From Spirochaetia bacterium (lineage in GTDB: Bacteria > Spirochaetota > Spirochaetia > SP-2023): a DNA stretch of 64,000 nucleotides. A program made the position numbers and the translations under genes. The stretch covers positions 1,024,001 to 1,088,000 of the forward strand of contig OZ253665.1 in assembly GCA_965263295.1 (NCBI GenBank). The letters run 5' to 3'. The first letter of the stretch is position 1; each line of letters begins with the position of its first letter. Below, one piece after another: positions 10,107 to 20,089 of the stretch. The notes beneath the pieces were generated by a model that did not search any database, had not been told where the DNA came from, and saw only the letters and a list, made by a program, of their open reading frames with translations.

Positions 10107-11063
10107 ATGCCCATAAACATTCGCAAAGAGCTTCCGGCTTACAGCAAGTTGATCGAAGAAAATGTCTTTGTCATGACGGAATCTCGGGCTGTCCATCAGG
10201 ATATCCGCCCGATCAATGTCCTGATTCTCAACTTGATGCCGCAAAAGATTGTGGCAGAAACTCAACTGTTGCGTTTGTTGGCCAATACGCCGTTGCAGAT
10301 TGACGTTGAATTTCTGTGTGTTTCACGCGCGACTGGACACACGCCAGAAGACCACCTGAAAAGCTTTTACCGTACTTTTCAGCAGGTGCGTGAGCGCAAG
10401 TTTGACGGCTTTATTGTCACAGGGGCGCCGGTAGAAAACCTCGCGTATGAAGACGTCAGTTACTGGGATGAGTTGTGCCATATCTTTGACTGGGCAGAGC
10501 ACTATGTCTACTCTAGCTTGTTTATTTGCTGGGGGGCCATGGCCGCGCTTTACCACTACTACGGTATCGCCAAGCATCTGACGGCGCGCAAGGTCTGCGG
10601 GGTCTATCGCCACTGTGTCGAGAATTCGGCGTTCCCGCTGACGCGTGGTTTTGACGATCATTTTTACGCCATCCACTCGCGGCATGCAGAGTTGAGGCGC
10701 GAAGACCTGGATGCCGTCAATCCGGCGGGCGCGCGGGCGGGCGCACAGGCGGGCGCAAACGGGGAGCTGTGCCTGCTTTCCAGCTCGCCTGAAGGGGGCT
10801 TGTACCTACTGCAGACCCGCAATGGGCGCAAGGTCTTTGTCACCGGTCACGCGGAGTACGACCCAGACACTTTGAAACAAGAATACTTGCGAGACCAGGA
10901 GCGGGACATGGACCCCGATATTCCACGCAATTACTTTCCAGAAAATGATATCGACAAGGTTCCTTACGTGACTTGGCGGGCCCACGCCACGCTGTTGTTC
11001 AGCAACTGGATCAATTACTACGTCTACCAGGAAACACCGTACCGCCTGGAAGAAATTCATTAG
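10107..11063 (+). CDS. metA: Homoserine O-acyltransferase, MetA family (probably acetyl-CoA specific)
   Basis: QDIRP, ILNLMP, TGAPVE, ICWGAMA and GHAEY motifs. Glu in GAPVE is the residue associated with acetyltransferase specificity. Confidence 0.95.
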   Translation: MPINIRKELPAYSKLIEENVFVMTESRAVHQDIRPINVLILNLMPQKIVAETQLLRLLANTPLQIDVEFLCVSRATGHTPEDHLKSFYRTFQQVRERKFDGFIVTGAPVENLAYEDVSYWDELCHIFDWAEHYVYSSLFICWGAMAALYHYYGIAKHLTARKVCGVYRHCVENSAFPLTRGFDDHFYAIHSRHAELRREDLDAVNPAGARAGAQAGANGELCLLSSSPEGGLYLLQTRNGRKVFVTGHAEYDPDTLKQEYLRDQERDMDPDIPRNYFPENDIDKVPYVTWRAHATLLFSNWINYYVYQETPYRLEEIH

Positions 11064-11073
11064 CGGCAGCGCG

Positions 11074-11649
11074 ATGAGTGCCGCGCAGCGACCGAGCACG
11101 GAGAGGAGGGATGCCAAAGTGCGCCAGAGCGAACGCAAAACCCTGCCTGTTTGTCAGAAATGCGTTTATTACAAAGTGACTTGGGATAGTTTGCACCCTC
11201 ATGCATGCCTGTTTTTTGATTTTAAAAGTATGCAGCTGCCCGCAGTTGAAGTCTGTAACAGCACCGGCATGGCTTGCCCGCAATTTCGGCTGAGTCAAGT
11301 CCATGCACGGCAAGCTGCCGCGCAAAAAAACGGTTTTCGGAGCCATGTAGGGAACTCTGTCAAAAATCTGTCGCAAAAGGTTCTGCCCGTAAATGCTCCG
11401 CTGGAGGATGCTGCGCTAGGCGATGCTCCGCATTATTCGGCGAGTGGGGAGCTCTCGCCGCCCGCTCCGGCCTCTCCGGCCTCTCCTATGGTTCAGGATG
11501 CGACACGGGAATCAGCAAATAAAAGCTGGGGTGACCAACAAGAAGTTTCCGAAAAACCGCAGGAGGCTCCGTCGTCTGGCGTTCGGGCCCCAGTCTCCCG
11601 TTCGGCGCAGCTGGGGCGCATCCTGGGCGAGAGGGGAATCTTGTTATAA
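11074..11649 (+). CDS. Hypothetical protein with N-terminal Cys-rich (putative metal-binding) domain and low-complexity tail
   Basis: CQKCVYYKVTWD..HAC..FDFKS..LP..EV...TG..C; the stop codon overlaps the murC ATG. Confidence 0.65.
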   Translation: MSAAQRPSTERRDAKVRQSERKTLPVCQKCVYYKVTWDSLHPHACLFFDFKSMQLPAVEVCNSTGMACPQFRLSQVHARQAAAQKNGFRSHVGNSVKNLSQKVLPVNAPLEDAALGDAPHYSASGELSPPAPASPASPMVQDATRESANKSWGDQQEVSEKPQEAPSSGVRAPVSRSAQLGRILGERGILL

Positions 11650-13280
11650 TGCTGCGCGACGAGCAGTTGGGCAGGCTGCGGGAGATTTTCAGCCGCGGGA
11701 ATTTCGGCAGCTGTACAGATCTTGCCGGCAAGCGAAGCATGGCTTTCAGCTTGTATTTTATCGGCATAAAAGGCACCGGCATGTGTGCCTTGGCCCAGTT
11801 GCTCAAGTGCCTGGGTTATATTGTCAGCGGCAGTGACGTCGAAGAGCATTTTTATACCGATGAGTTGCTGGCCGCCAGTGATATTCAATACCATAAAGGA
11901 TTTGCTGCCGGCAATCTGCCCCTCGTGTGCGACCTGGTCATTCATTCGGCGGCCTACGACGGCGGCAACCCGGAATACGCGGCGGCGCAGTACCGCATGG
12001 AGCGGGGAGAACTTTTGCTGCTCAGTTACCCAGAGGCGCTGGGCTATATTTCTCACGCCTATCGCGCGTGTATGGCTGTCGCCGGGGCCCACGGCAAGAC
12101 GACCTCAACCCTGCTTTGTAGTGCCTTGATGAAGGCGTTGAAATTAGAGGGCGCGGCATTGGCTGGGGCCGGCGCCGCACATCTTGAAGGGAATGCCTTT
12201 TGGATGCAAGGTGGCGAGTTGCTCGTCGTCGAGGCTTGTGAGTATCGCAACCATTTTTTTCATTTTGACCCCTCCATTGTGCTCCTGACCTCGCTTGAGT
12301 GGGACCACCAGGACTTTTTTACTACATATTCAATGATGCAAAATAGCTTCCGCGACTTTGTCGCCAAGCAAAGTGTGCGCACTGTGGTCTATTGCCGCGA
12401 CGATAAGGGCGTGCGCGAACTGGTCGCCGAGATTCAAGGACAACCAGCGCGGGATGTGGCGGGCCGGCAGCCCGAATTTGTGCCATACGGTTTTAGTGCC
12501 GACGGAGACTTTGCCATTGGCCGCATTGATAGCGCCGCGGGTCAGACGGTATTAACTTTGTCGGCTCTGCCAGAGTTTCCCTTGCGCCTGCGCGTGCCGG
12601 GCGAGCATTTGGCATGCAATGCGCTCGGAGCTTTGGCCGCCGTCTACCACAGTCATCTGATCCAACGAGACAGCGGCCGGCAAGGTCGCCACTGCGACTT
12701 TGCCGCGTTCTTACGTGAGCATTACGAGCAAATTAACGCGGGGTTGCAAGAATTTCGCGGCGCGTCGCGCCGCTCTGAATTATTGGGTGAGATATCTTGG
12801 GAGATCGCGCCAGGCAATTCGCCGCAAAATACAGACAATAAGCTTTTGGTGCTGGATGACTATGCCCATCACCCCACGGCGGTGCGCAAGACCGTGGCCG
12901 GCCTGAAAAAGTTTTATCCGATGCGCCGTCTGGTGCTGGACTTTATGTCCCACACCTACAGTCGTACCATGAGTTTGCACCGTGAGTTCAGCCATTGCTT
13001 TAATGACGCCGATGTACTGATATTACATGACATTTATGGCTCGGCGCGGGAGCGCGCGCGCGACGAATATAGCGGCCGCATGCTCTGGGAATCCGTGAAT
13101 GAAATTCGCCGCGGACAAGGTTTGCTTGAGGCCTTGTATTTTCCCCAGCCGTTGGACGCCCTCGGCGCGTTGGACGATATCTTGCGGCCAGGGGACCTTT
13201 TTGTCACCATGGGAGCGGGAAATAACCGTGAGCTGGCCTTGAATTTATTGCTGAAAAAGCGCGGCGAGACTTCGCCCTAA
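11649..13280 (+). CDS. murC: UDP-N-acetylmuramate--L-alanine ligase
   Basis: FIGIKGTGM, GAHGKTTST, EACEY and DDYAHHPT motifs; alternative start at 11739. Confidence 0.95.
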   Translation: MLRDEQLGRLREIFSRGNFGSCTDLAGKRSMAFSLYFIGIKGTGMCALAQLLKCLGYIVSGSDVEEHFYTDELLAASDIQYHKGFAAGNLPLVCDLVIHSAAYDGGNPEYAAAQYRMERGELLLLSYPEALGYISHAYRACMAVAGAHGKTTSTLLCSALMKALKLEGAALAGAGAAHLEGNAFWMQGGELLVVEACEYRNHFFHFDPSIVLLTSLEWDHQDFFTTYSMMQNSFRDFVAKQSVRTVVYCRDDKGVRELVAEIQGQPARDVAGRQPEFVPYGFSADGDFAIGRIDSAAGQTVLTLSALPEFPLRLRVPGEHLACNALGALAAVYHSHLIQRDSGRQGRHCDFAAFLREHYEQINAGLQEFRGASRRSELLGEISWEIAPGNSPQNTDNKLLVLDDYAHHPTAVRKTVAGLKKFYPMRRLVLDFMSHTYSRTMSLHREFSHCFNDADVLILHDIYGSARERARDEYSGRMLWESVNEIRRGQGLLEALYFPQPLDALGALDDILRPGDLFVTMGAGNNRELALNLLLKKRGETSP

Positions 13281-13364
13281 AATTCTTGGATGTGCCTAAT
13301 ATGCTTGGGGCAACTTGCAAAAGCGGCCTGCAAACAACGGCCGGGCTAAACGCAAAGAGAGATT

Positions 13365-14549
13365 ATGATTCAAAGTTTAACAGCCAGTATAGACGTTTCC
13401 ACAGAAGAAATATCGTTGCCCGCGCCTCTGCTCAATGCGTTGCGCAAAATTTGCCCCGGCACCTGGCGCATGCAATTGCGCAGTTTGAATCAGCGTTTTT
13501 TTGAGCTAAACTGCATGGTGCCCGACTTTGCCCCTGAGTTGGAAGTCCCTTTGCGTAAATTGTTGCAAAAAAGTTTATTGCGAGGTCGAATTGAGTGCCG
13601 TTTGAGCTACACTCCTGAAATGCTGACCCGGCAGGCGCATGATAAAGAGTCGGGCAACGGGGCAGAAGGCAGCAGATCGGCTTGCCGTTTTGACTACCAG
13701 TTACTGTGTGTCGAACTGCGGCAGCTGCATGATTTGCAGCGCCTGGCCAAAGATTTTGGCATGGATTTGCCGAGGCCCAGCTCGTTAGAACTTTTGCAGC
13801 ACTGCCGCTATCTGCAGCAGCAGGAAAATACGGCGGCAGGAGACCCGCGGCAGATTGAGGCCAAACAGCTTGGGACAAAGCGGGATGGTGATGGGAGCGC
13901 AGCAGCTCCCAACTGGCAACAGGCTGTCCTGGAATTCTCGCGCCAAGTTTGTCAGCGTTTAATTGTCGCAAGACAAGTTGAGGGCTTGGACTTGTATCGC
14001 GAGTTGTTGCAGTTGCACCATGGTTTTGTCGCCCAATGTCAGCGAGCGCAGGGCCTGGAAGCAGAAATTCCAGGCCACTACCGCCGTCAGCTGCTGGACA
14101 AGTTGGGACAATTGCAAGAAGCCTTCACAGATGCAGACCGAGAGCCGCAGATTGCCAGCGACAATCGCGAAGCTTGCAAGGAGGGTTTGCGCTGGCCCGG
14201 CGAAGAGCGCTTGCTGGCCGAGTTGAGTTTGTTTTTGGCCAAAGGAGATGTGCGCGAGGAACTCAGTCGCCTGCGCATACACGCAGAGCGGTTTTTTACT
14301 GTCTTGCAAGGGGCCCACGAGGCGGGGGCCAAACAGCTCGACGGAGCTGTAGCGGAGACAGAGCTGGCTCTGCCTCTGCAAAGCGAAGCTAGTTGCTGTG
14401 CCAAAGAGCTCGACTTTCTGCTGCAGGAAATGAACCGCGAGGCCAATACCCTGGGCAGTAAAAGCCCGTTGGTCGAATTACAGCAAGTGGCAGTGCAACT
14501 GAAAGTCATCATTGAGCAGATGCGGGAGCAGGTGAAAAATGTCTTGTGA
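13365..14549 (+). CDS. yicC: YicC/YloC family protein
   Basis: MIQSLTA, RSLNQRF, RGRIE, DVREELSRL, LDFLLQEMNREANTLGSK and IEQMREQVKN motifs. Confidence 0.9.
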   Translation: MIQSLTASIDVSTEEISLPAPLLNALRKICPGTWRMQLRSLNQRFFELNCMVPDFAPELEVPLRKLLQKSLLRGRIECRLSYTPEMLTRQAHDKESGNGAEGSRSACRFDYQLLCVELRQLHDLQRLAKDFGMDLPRPSSLELLQHCRYLQQQENTAAGDPRQIEAKQLGTKRDGDGSAAAPNWQQAVLEFSRQVCQRLIVARQVEGLDLYRELLQLHHGFVAQCQRAQGLEAEIPGHYRRQLLDKLGQLQEAFTDADREPQIASDNREACKEGLRWPGEERLLAELSLFLAKGDVREELSRLRIHAERFFTVLQGAHEAGAKQLDGAVAETELALPLQSEASCCAKELDFLLQEMNREANTLGSKSPLVELQQVAVQLKVIIEQMREQVKNVL

Positions 14550-15132
14550 GGCGACAGAACAACTGACGGAACTGGTTTGTAAAAAAACAATAAAGGCCAT
14601 TGCGATTTCGGGTCGCAGCGGCTGCGGCAATACCACGGTAAACCATTTGGTGGCTCAGAGGCTGGGTTTTCAGGGCATAAATTATACCATGCGCAACTAT
14701 GCCGAACGGCATGGAATCAGCTTGGAAGAAGTGGCCCGCCAGGCGCGGGAAACCCCCAAAATTGATCAGGAGATTGACCGCCACCAGGTTGAAATGTGTT
14801 TGCGCGCAGCCAGCCAAGGAGTGGTGTTGAGTAGCCGCTTGGCCATCTGGCTCTTGCCTAAGGCTAGTTTAAAAGTTTACCTGTACGCCGACAATGAGGT
14901 GCGCGGCCGGCGTATTTTACAGCGTGAGGGCGGCAACCTGCAAGAGCAGCTGCGCCAGACGGAAGCCCGCGACGCGCGCGATGCCCAGCGTTACCGCAAG
15001 CTCTACGGCATCGACAGTCAGGATATTTTCTTTGCCGACCTGATTATTAACATAGAATCCTTTGACCAGTATCAGGTTGCCAATATAATAGTTGAAACTT
15101 TTCGCCTGCGGCAATCTCGGCAAGGAAACTGA
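14539..15132 (+). CDS. cmk: Cytidylate kinase-like protein (short type)
   Basis: IAISGRSGCGNTT P-loop variant, SRLAIW and RDARDAQRYRKLYGID. Confidence 0.85.
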   Translation: MSCEATEQLTELVCKKTIKAIAISGRSGCGNTTVNHLVAQRLGFQGINYTMRNYAERHGISLEEVARQARETPKIDQEIDRHQVEMCLRAASQGVVLSSRLAIWLLPKASLKVYLYADNEVRGRRILQREGGNLQEQLRQTEARDARDAQRYRKLYGIDSQDIFFADLIINIESFDQYQVANIIVETFRLRQSRQGN

Positions 15133-15185
15133 GGGAAACTTTTGCAGACGAATTTTCAGGAGCTTCTATCCGGTGCATTATCCAA

Positions 15186-16616
15186 ATGCTCAAAAAGTTT
15201 GCCGGGCTTGCGATTCATATGACTGTGCGCCTGTCATTCTCTTACTGGCCTGTATTTTGTGCCTTGCATCTCGCGTTCGTTTTCACGCGCGGCGAGCTGG
15301 AGTTTGGCGCGGCTTGGGAACTGTGGGCTGAGGGCCAACTGCCTTCGGGCCGCGGCCAGAAATACGATAACCCCAACAGGAGCTTTGAGCCAAAGGCGCT
15401 GATGGTGCGCCCGCCCGCGGGCGGCGCTCGGCAACAGCAGCAGATCGGAGCACCCGGCTCCGGGCTGAGTACCGGTGCGCCGCCGTCGTATGCCGATCCG
15501 CGTTTTATTATTCGGCAGGATCCCTATACTTCAATCACCGAGAAGTTGGATACTTCGGTCCGCGACGGCATGGTTTACGTCAACAGCGCGTATTATATAA
15601 TGGGCGGTAGCCAGGGCGAGTATAGCGTCAAGACGCCCGGACACCGAGTGGTGGTGCGCAGTTTCTGGATCAGCCCTTACGAAGTTTACTGGAAGCTGTG
15701 GAATGACGTACTGCGCTGGGGCATTGGACACGGCTATCGCTTTGCCCACCCCGGCCGGGCTCGGCGCGTCACGCCTCTATCGGGCCTGGACAACCCGGTG
15801 CACAGTATCAACTGGTTTGACGCCATTGCCTGGTGCAACGCTTATTCTGAGGTGCGCGGCCTGGAACCGATCTATCGCTACAATTCGACTGTCACAAATT
15901 ATGTGGTGCGTTCCTCGGTGGATCGCAAGATTTTGAGCAGTTTGTACATTGATTATACGGCCAACGGCTATCGCTTGCCGACTGAGGCCGAGTGGGAACT
16001 GGCCGCACGCGGCGGGGTCGCCGGCAAAGGCTATTTGTTTGCCGGCAGCAATCGCGAAATTGATGTGGCCTGGTACTGGGGTAATACTTTGGGCAAGCGT
16101 TATTCTCAGCCAGTGGGCCTGCTGCGCCCCAACGAGCTGGGGCTCTACGATATGAATGGCAACTTGGCGGAGTGGACTAATGACTGGTACTCCGAGGAAT
16201 ATTACTACAGCAGCCCGGTGGACAATCCGCTCGGCCCAGGTTCGGGCAAATACCGCGTATTGCGTGGGGGGTCCTTCCTGAGCCGCCCGAAGCAAGACTT
16301 TTTCAACCGGCGCGGCAAGTGCATCCGCTGCAATCGACCCGCTAGAAATGGCGGACAGTCTTGGCTGGCCATTGAAACGCGCGAGCGCATGCTGCCAAGT
16401 TCGCGGGCCCAATGGATTGGTTTTCGCCCGGTGCGCGCTGCGATTTTCCGCCCGGTGGAATATTTGCAGCTGGACGAAAAAGCCGAGCTGGGCTATCGCC
16501 CCGTTCCCAGTACTCCAGAGCAACTGGATAACGAAATCAATGACGCATCGCCGTATATTTATTCGCTGGACCCTAACTACAGAACCCCAAATCAGCCCTA
16601 TCGCCAGGAGGAATAA
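15186..16616 (+). CDS. Formylglycine-generating-enzyme (FGE-sulfatase/SUMF1) domain protein, probably exported
   Basis: PVHSINWFDAIAWCN, GYRLPTEAEWELAARGG, PNELGLYDMNGNLAEW, RVLRGGS and IGFRPVR motifs. Confidence 0.9.
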   Translation: MLKKFAGLAIHMTVRLSFSYWPVFCALHLAFVFTRGELEFGAAWELWAEGQLPSGRGQKYDNPNRSFEPKALMVRPPAGGARQQQQIGAPGSGLSTGAPPSYADPRFIIRQDPYTSITEKLDTSVRDGMVYVNSAYYIMGGSQGEYSVKTPGHRVVVRSFWISPYEVYWKLWNDVLRWGIGHGYRFAHPGRARRVTPLSGLDNPVHSINWFDAIAWCNAYSEVRGLEPIYRYNSTVTNYVVRSSVDRKILSSLYIDYTANGYRLPTEAEWELAARGGVAGKGYLFAGSNREIDVAWYWGNTLGKRYSQPVGLLRPNELGLYDMNGNLAEWTNDWYSEEYYYSSPVDNPLGPGSGKYRVLRGGSFLSRPKQDFFNRRGKCIRCNRPARNGGQSWLAIETRERMLPSSRAQWIGFRPVRAAIFRPVEYLQLDEKAELGYRPVPSTPEQLDNEINDASPYIYSLDPNYRTPNQPYRQEE

Positions 16617-16619
16617 GTT

Positions 16620-17840
16620 GTGACTGCCAACAAAATCTCTCGTCATTGCCCAAATACTCACCCAGGCATTCGCCCGGCCAATGATTTGCCCCGAACTGAG
16701 GGGAAGCCAAGCATACTCTTTCTCAGCGGTGGAACTTCGGCGGAAAACCAGGTTGCGCTGCTTTCGGCCCAGAATGTATATGGCCATATTGACTTTGAGC
16801 GATTCAATGTCGTGCCGGTGCTGATTAGCCCGGACGGCCAGTGGTTCTGCCTGCAGCCAGAGCAAAGCCGGCGATGGCCGGACTTGTTGCGAGCCGAATT
16901 TCTAGCTGCCATTGAGGCGCGTTGTGAGCGCGCGTATCTGCAGCCTGTCGCCGGAGGTCTGGAAATCTTGAGCTCCTCGCGCCGGGCGCGAGTCGACCTG
17001 ATTTTCCCCATCTTGCATGGCCCCTGCGGTGAAGATGGCACGCTACAAGGTCTGGCCCAGTTTTTCGCCGTGCCCGTGGTCGGTTCAGACATGAGTGGTT
17101 CGCTGCTGAGCATGGACAAGGTCTTGATGAAGGGCATATTGCAAAACGAGGGCATACCCAGCGCACGTTATCACAGTTATTGCCGCGCGGAACTGGCGGA
17201 GGCGGCGCACGAGCCGGATGCGGGGCAATTATCGCGCAGCTATCGCGCGCTGGGCGAGGAACTCTTCGCTTTGTGGCAGTGTCCTGCCTTGTTTGTCAAG
17301 CCGGCGCGCATGGGTTCGTCCGTCGGCATATCGCAGGTAAAGCGCGTCGAGGAACTGGGGGCGGCGCTGCAATTAGCCCTGCGTCACGACGACCGCTTGC
17401 TGATTGAAGAGGGATTTTGCGCCCGCGAGCTCGAACTGGCCGTGCTGGAGTTAGACGGCGAGCAACGCCGCCTTCAGGTTTCCAACGCGGCGCAAATACG
17501 CAGTAACGGCGAATTTTACAGCTACGAACAAAAATATTTTCCCGAAAAACAGGACAAGCCCCTGGTGGTGGAACCGTATAATGATTTGAGCGCGGCCGTG
17601 ATTGCACGGGCCCGCAAGCTGGCCGAAGAGGCCTTCCGCGCCTTGCGCCCCTGCCACTATGCGCGTGTCGACCTCTTTTACCTGGAAGCGGAGGATCGCC
17701 TGCTCTTCAATGAACTCAATACGATTCCGGGTTTTACCGCCAACAGTATGTTCCCCCAATTGATGGCCGCCGAGGGCTGGCCCATGCCGCGCCTGGTGCC
17801 GCACTTGATTGATCTGGCGCTGCGCGGGCGGCGCACTTAG
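16620..17840 (+). CDS. ddl: D-alanine--D-alanine ligase
   Basis: GGTSAENQV, LHGPCGEDGTLQG, KPARMGSSVG and NELNTIPG motifs; FYSYEQKY omega loop with Tyr (D-Ala-D-Ala type). Confidence 0.95.
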   Translation: MTANKISRHCPNTHPGIRPANDLPRTEGKPSILFLSGGTSAENQVALLSAQNVYGHIDFERFNVVPVLISPDGQWFCLQPEQSRRWPDLLRAEFLAAIEARCERAYLQPVAGGLEILSSSRRARVDLIFPILHGPCGEDGTLQGLAQFFAVPVVGSDMSGSLLSMDKVLMKGILQNEGIPSARYHSYCRAELAEAAHEPDAGQLSRSYRALGEELFALWQCPALFVKPARMGSSVGISQVKRVEELGAALQLALRHDDRLLIEEGFCARELELAVLELDGEQRRLQVSNAAQIRSNGEFYSYEQKYFPEKQDKPLVVEPYNDLSAAVIARARKLAEEAFRALRPCHYARVDLFYLEAEDRLLFNELNTIPGFTANSMFPQLMAAEGWPMPRLVPHLIDLALRGRRT

Positions 17841-17890
17841 CCGCTTAACTTTTAACTTTCTTTATTGGCACTTGAAGCTTAAATAAAGGA

Positions 17891-18511
17891 TTATTGATAT
17901 TTTTTATCAATATATTTTTTTTGTTCATGAAACTCTTTAAGTTTGCTCTTGAGGGTTTGGATATCCAGGAGATTCTGCAAACCCTTGACATCGTCCAGGT
18001 CTAGATGGGCTTCCACTGAATCAAGGGTTATGTATTCATTGTTGATATCTGTGAGCTCGCTGGTGGATAAAATCAATTGATGCCGGGTGGGGCTTCGCGA
18101 ATAAAAAGAATATTTAATTCTACCTTTGGAAAGATATGGTCCGGATGAGAAATAGTCAAAATATACATCTAATAAGCCTGATTGAGAAATTTCTTTGTCT
18201 ATTTCATCTCCATCACGGCTGGCCATTGCTGCCCAATCCAGGTATTTTTGAATGGCTTTCCTAAAGGTAGCAATTTCACCTTTATCCATAACCCAAAAAG
18301 AATATACTGAATCATCAAACTCTAAATATAAACGGTATAATTGTCTTTCCTCATTATAAAGAATTCCTCCATAACGATCCGTGTACTTTTGCCAGATTCC
18401 GTCATAGCATTGCCATTTGAAAGTACCTATGAGAATATAACTACTTTCACCGTAAAGCTTTGTACATGTAATTATTAAAAATAAAAAAATTATGAATTTG
18501 CAAGTCTTCAT
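17891..18511 (-). CDS. Hypothetical exported protein (AT-rich gene)
   Basis: 206-aa ORF with signal peptide MKTCKFIIFLFLII; opposite strand to, and visibly more AT-rich than, its neighbours. Confidence 0.75.
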   Translation of the reverse strand: MKTCKFIIFLFLIITCTKLYGESSYILIGTFKWQCYDGIWQKYTDRYGGILYNEERQLYRLYLEFDDSVYSFWVMDKGEIATFRKAIQKYLDWAAMASRDGDEIDKEISQSGLLDVYFDYFSSGPYLSKGRIKYSFYSRSPTRHQLILSTSELTDINNEYITLDSVEAHLDLDDVKGLQNLLDIQTLKSKLKEFHEQKKYIDKKYQ

Positions 18512-18644
18512 TATTATATCCTGATTAAATCCTGCAGCCTGAAATGGAATAGTTGCAGGATAATCGAAAAGTAACGCTGCGTCAAACGGGCATTAGACTA
18601 TTCCGGTTTTAATAAACTAGTTTTTATAATATAATCAATGCCGT

Positions 18645-20048
18645 ATGTCCGCGCCGCAAATGCCACAGCGACCAACTGAGGAAATGCCTCAAACCTGCCA
18701 AACGCAGTCGGTAGGCCACAGCCGCCCGCGCTTGCGCCTGGCGCTCAGCGGCGGCGGGACCGGCGGCCACGTCTACCCGGCCCTGGCGATACTGGAAGCC
18801 CTCGCACAAGTCGCTCGCAAACCAGAAGCGCAAACCGTGATTGAGGTCGTCTGGCTCGGCGGCAAAAGCGGTATTGAAAGAGAAATTGTTGCCCAGTATG
18901 CCCAAAACGAGGATGGCCAAAATTTGAGCTTGGAATACTGCGGAATTTCGTGTGGCAAGCTGCGCCGCTACTTTTCCTGGAAAAACTTCACGGACCTGCT
19001 GCGCGTTGCTTTAGGCATTTGGCAGAGTTACCGCCTTTTGCGGCGCAAGCGTCCCGACTTGCTGTTTTCTAAAGGTGGCTTTGTCAGCGTGCCGGGCCTG
19101 ATTGCCGCCCGGCTGCTGGGCATTCCGTGCCTGGGCCACGAGTCCGACCTCGACCCCGGCTTGGCTACGCGCCTGAGCCTGCCGCTGGTGAAGGCAATGT
19201 TTCTTCCCTATGAGGAGAGCCGCAAGTACTACAAGGCAAAATACCAGAGCAAGCTCAAAGTCAGTGGCAACCCTGTGCGCCGCGAGTTTTACGCGGATGC
19301 CCACCCAATCGGACAGGCGCAAAAAACCGCACGGGAACTGCAGCTGCTCCCCTCCAGCTGGTTTGATGCCGCCGGGAAACTGCGCCGCCCTTTGATATTA
19401 GTACTCGGAGGCAGCCTGGGCTCTTGGGAAATCAACAGTTACTTGCGCTGCTGGCTCAAAGAGCCGATTCAAAATCGAAACTGGCTGAATAATTATTATA
19501 TTCTGCACCAGTGCGGGCAGCGTGACTACGTGGAACTGCAGCACCTTGAAAGACTTCTGGAATTCGAGAACTTTTATCGTGTACGATCGTTTATCCCCAA
19601 AGGCCTGGCGGCCATATACCAGATCTGCCGCGATAGCGGCGGCCTGGTGGTTTCGCGCGCCGGAGCCGGCTCGCTCTGGGAGATTCTGGCCAGTGGAAAC
19701 CGTTCGGTACTCGTGCCGCTGCAAACGGGCAGCCGAGGCGACCAGCTGCGCAACGCTAGACTTTTTAGCCAAAAAGCTTGGGCCCACTGCTTTGTCGCCA
19801 ACCCTCCCCCCCCGGCCAAGCCGGCAGGAGAGCCGCGCGATGGCAATATACAAAGAAACAGCCAAAAATTACTTGAGCAAATTCTGCTGATTCTTCATGA
19901 TGAGAGTTTCGCCTCCATGGATAGTTCCATTGGTAGCTCAGTGGAGAGTTCGCAATGTCCGGAGCTGGTATCCGCTGAGGTCCATCCGGGTATTGGCGCC
20001 GCCGAGCATATCGCCAACGAGATATGGCGCCGTTTGCAAGCTAAGTAA
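18645..20048 (+). CDS. murG: Undecaprenyl-PP-MurNAc-pentapeptide GlcNAc transferase
   Basis: GGGTGGHVYPA, GKLRRYFS, KGGFVSVP, GNPVR, GGSLGS and SRAGAG motifs. Confidence 0.95.
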   Translation: MSAPQMPQRPTEEMPQTCQTQSVGHSRPRLRLALSGGGTGGHVYPALAILEALAQVARKPEAQTVIEVVWLGGKSGIEREIVAQYAQNEDGQNLSLEYCGISCGKLRRYFSWKNFTDLLRVALGIWQSYRLLRRKRPDLLFSKGGFVSVPGLIAARLLGIPCLGHESDLDPGLATRLSLPLVKAMFLPYEESRKYYKAKYQSKLKVSGNPVRREFYADAHPIGQAQKTARELQLLPSSWFDAAGKLRRPLILVLGGSLGSWEINSYLRCWLKEPIQNRNWLNNYYILHQCGQRDYVELQHLERLLEFENFYRVRSFIPKGLAAIYQICRDSGGLVVSRAGAGSLWEILASGNRSVLVPLQTGSRGDQLRNARLFSQKAWAHCFVANPPPPAKPAGEPRDGNIQRNSQKLLEQILLILHDESFASMDSSIGSSVESSQCPELVSAEVHPGIGAAEHIANEIWRRLQAK

Positions 20049-20089
20049 AAATGAAACAAAGACAACAAATAAGAGGGGGTATGCATTTC

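Noticed and set aside
15186..16616. FGE-domain gene as a diversity-generating retroelement target
   Set aside because: No reverse transcriptase and no template repeat differing at adenines was seen in the window, and the protein continues well past the GFR motif. A remote DGR cannot be excluded.
15777..16865. 362-aa antisense ORF over the FGE and ddl genes
   Set aside because: Shadow ORF of GC-rich coding sequence, with no motifs and overlapping well-supported genes.
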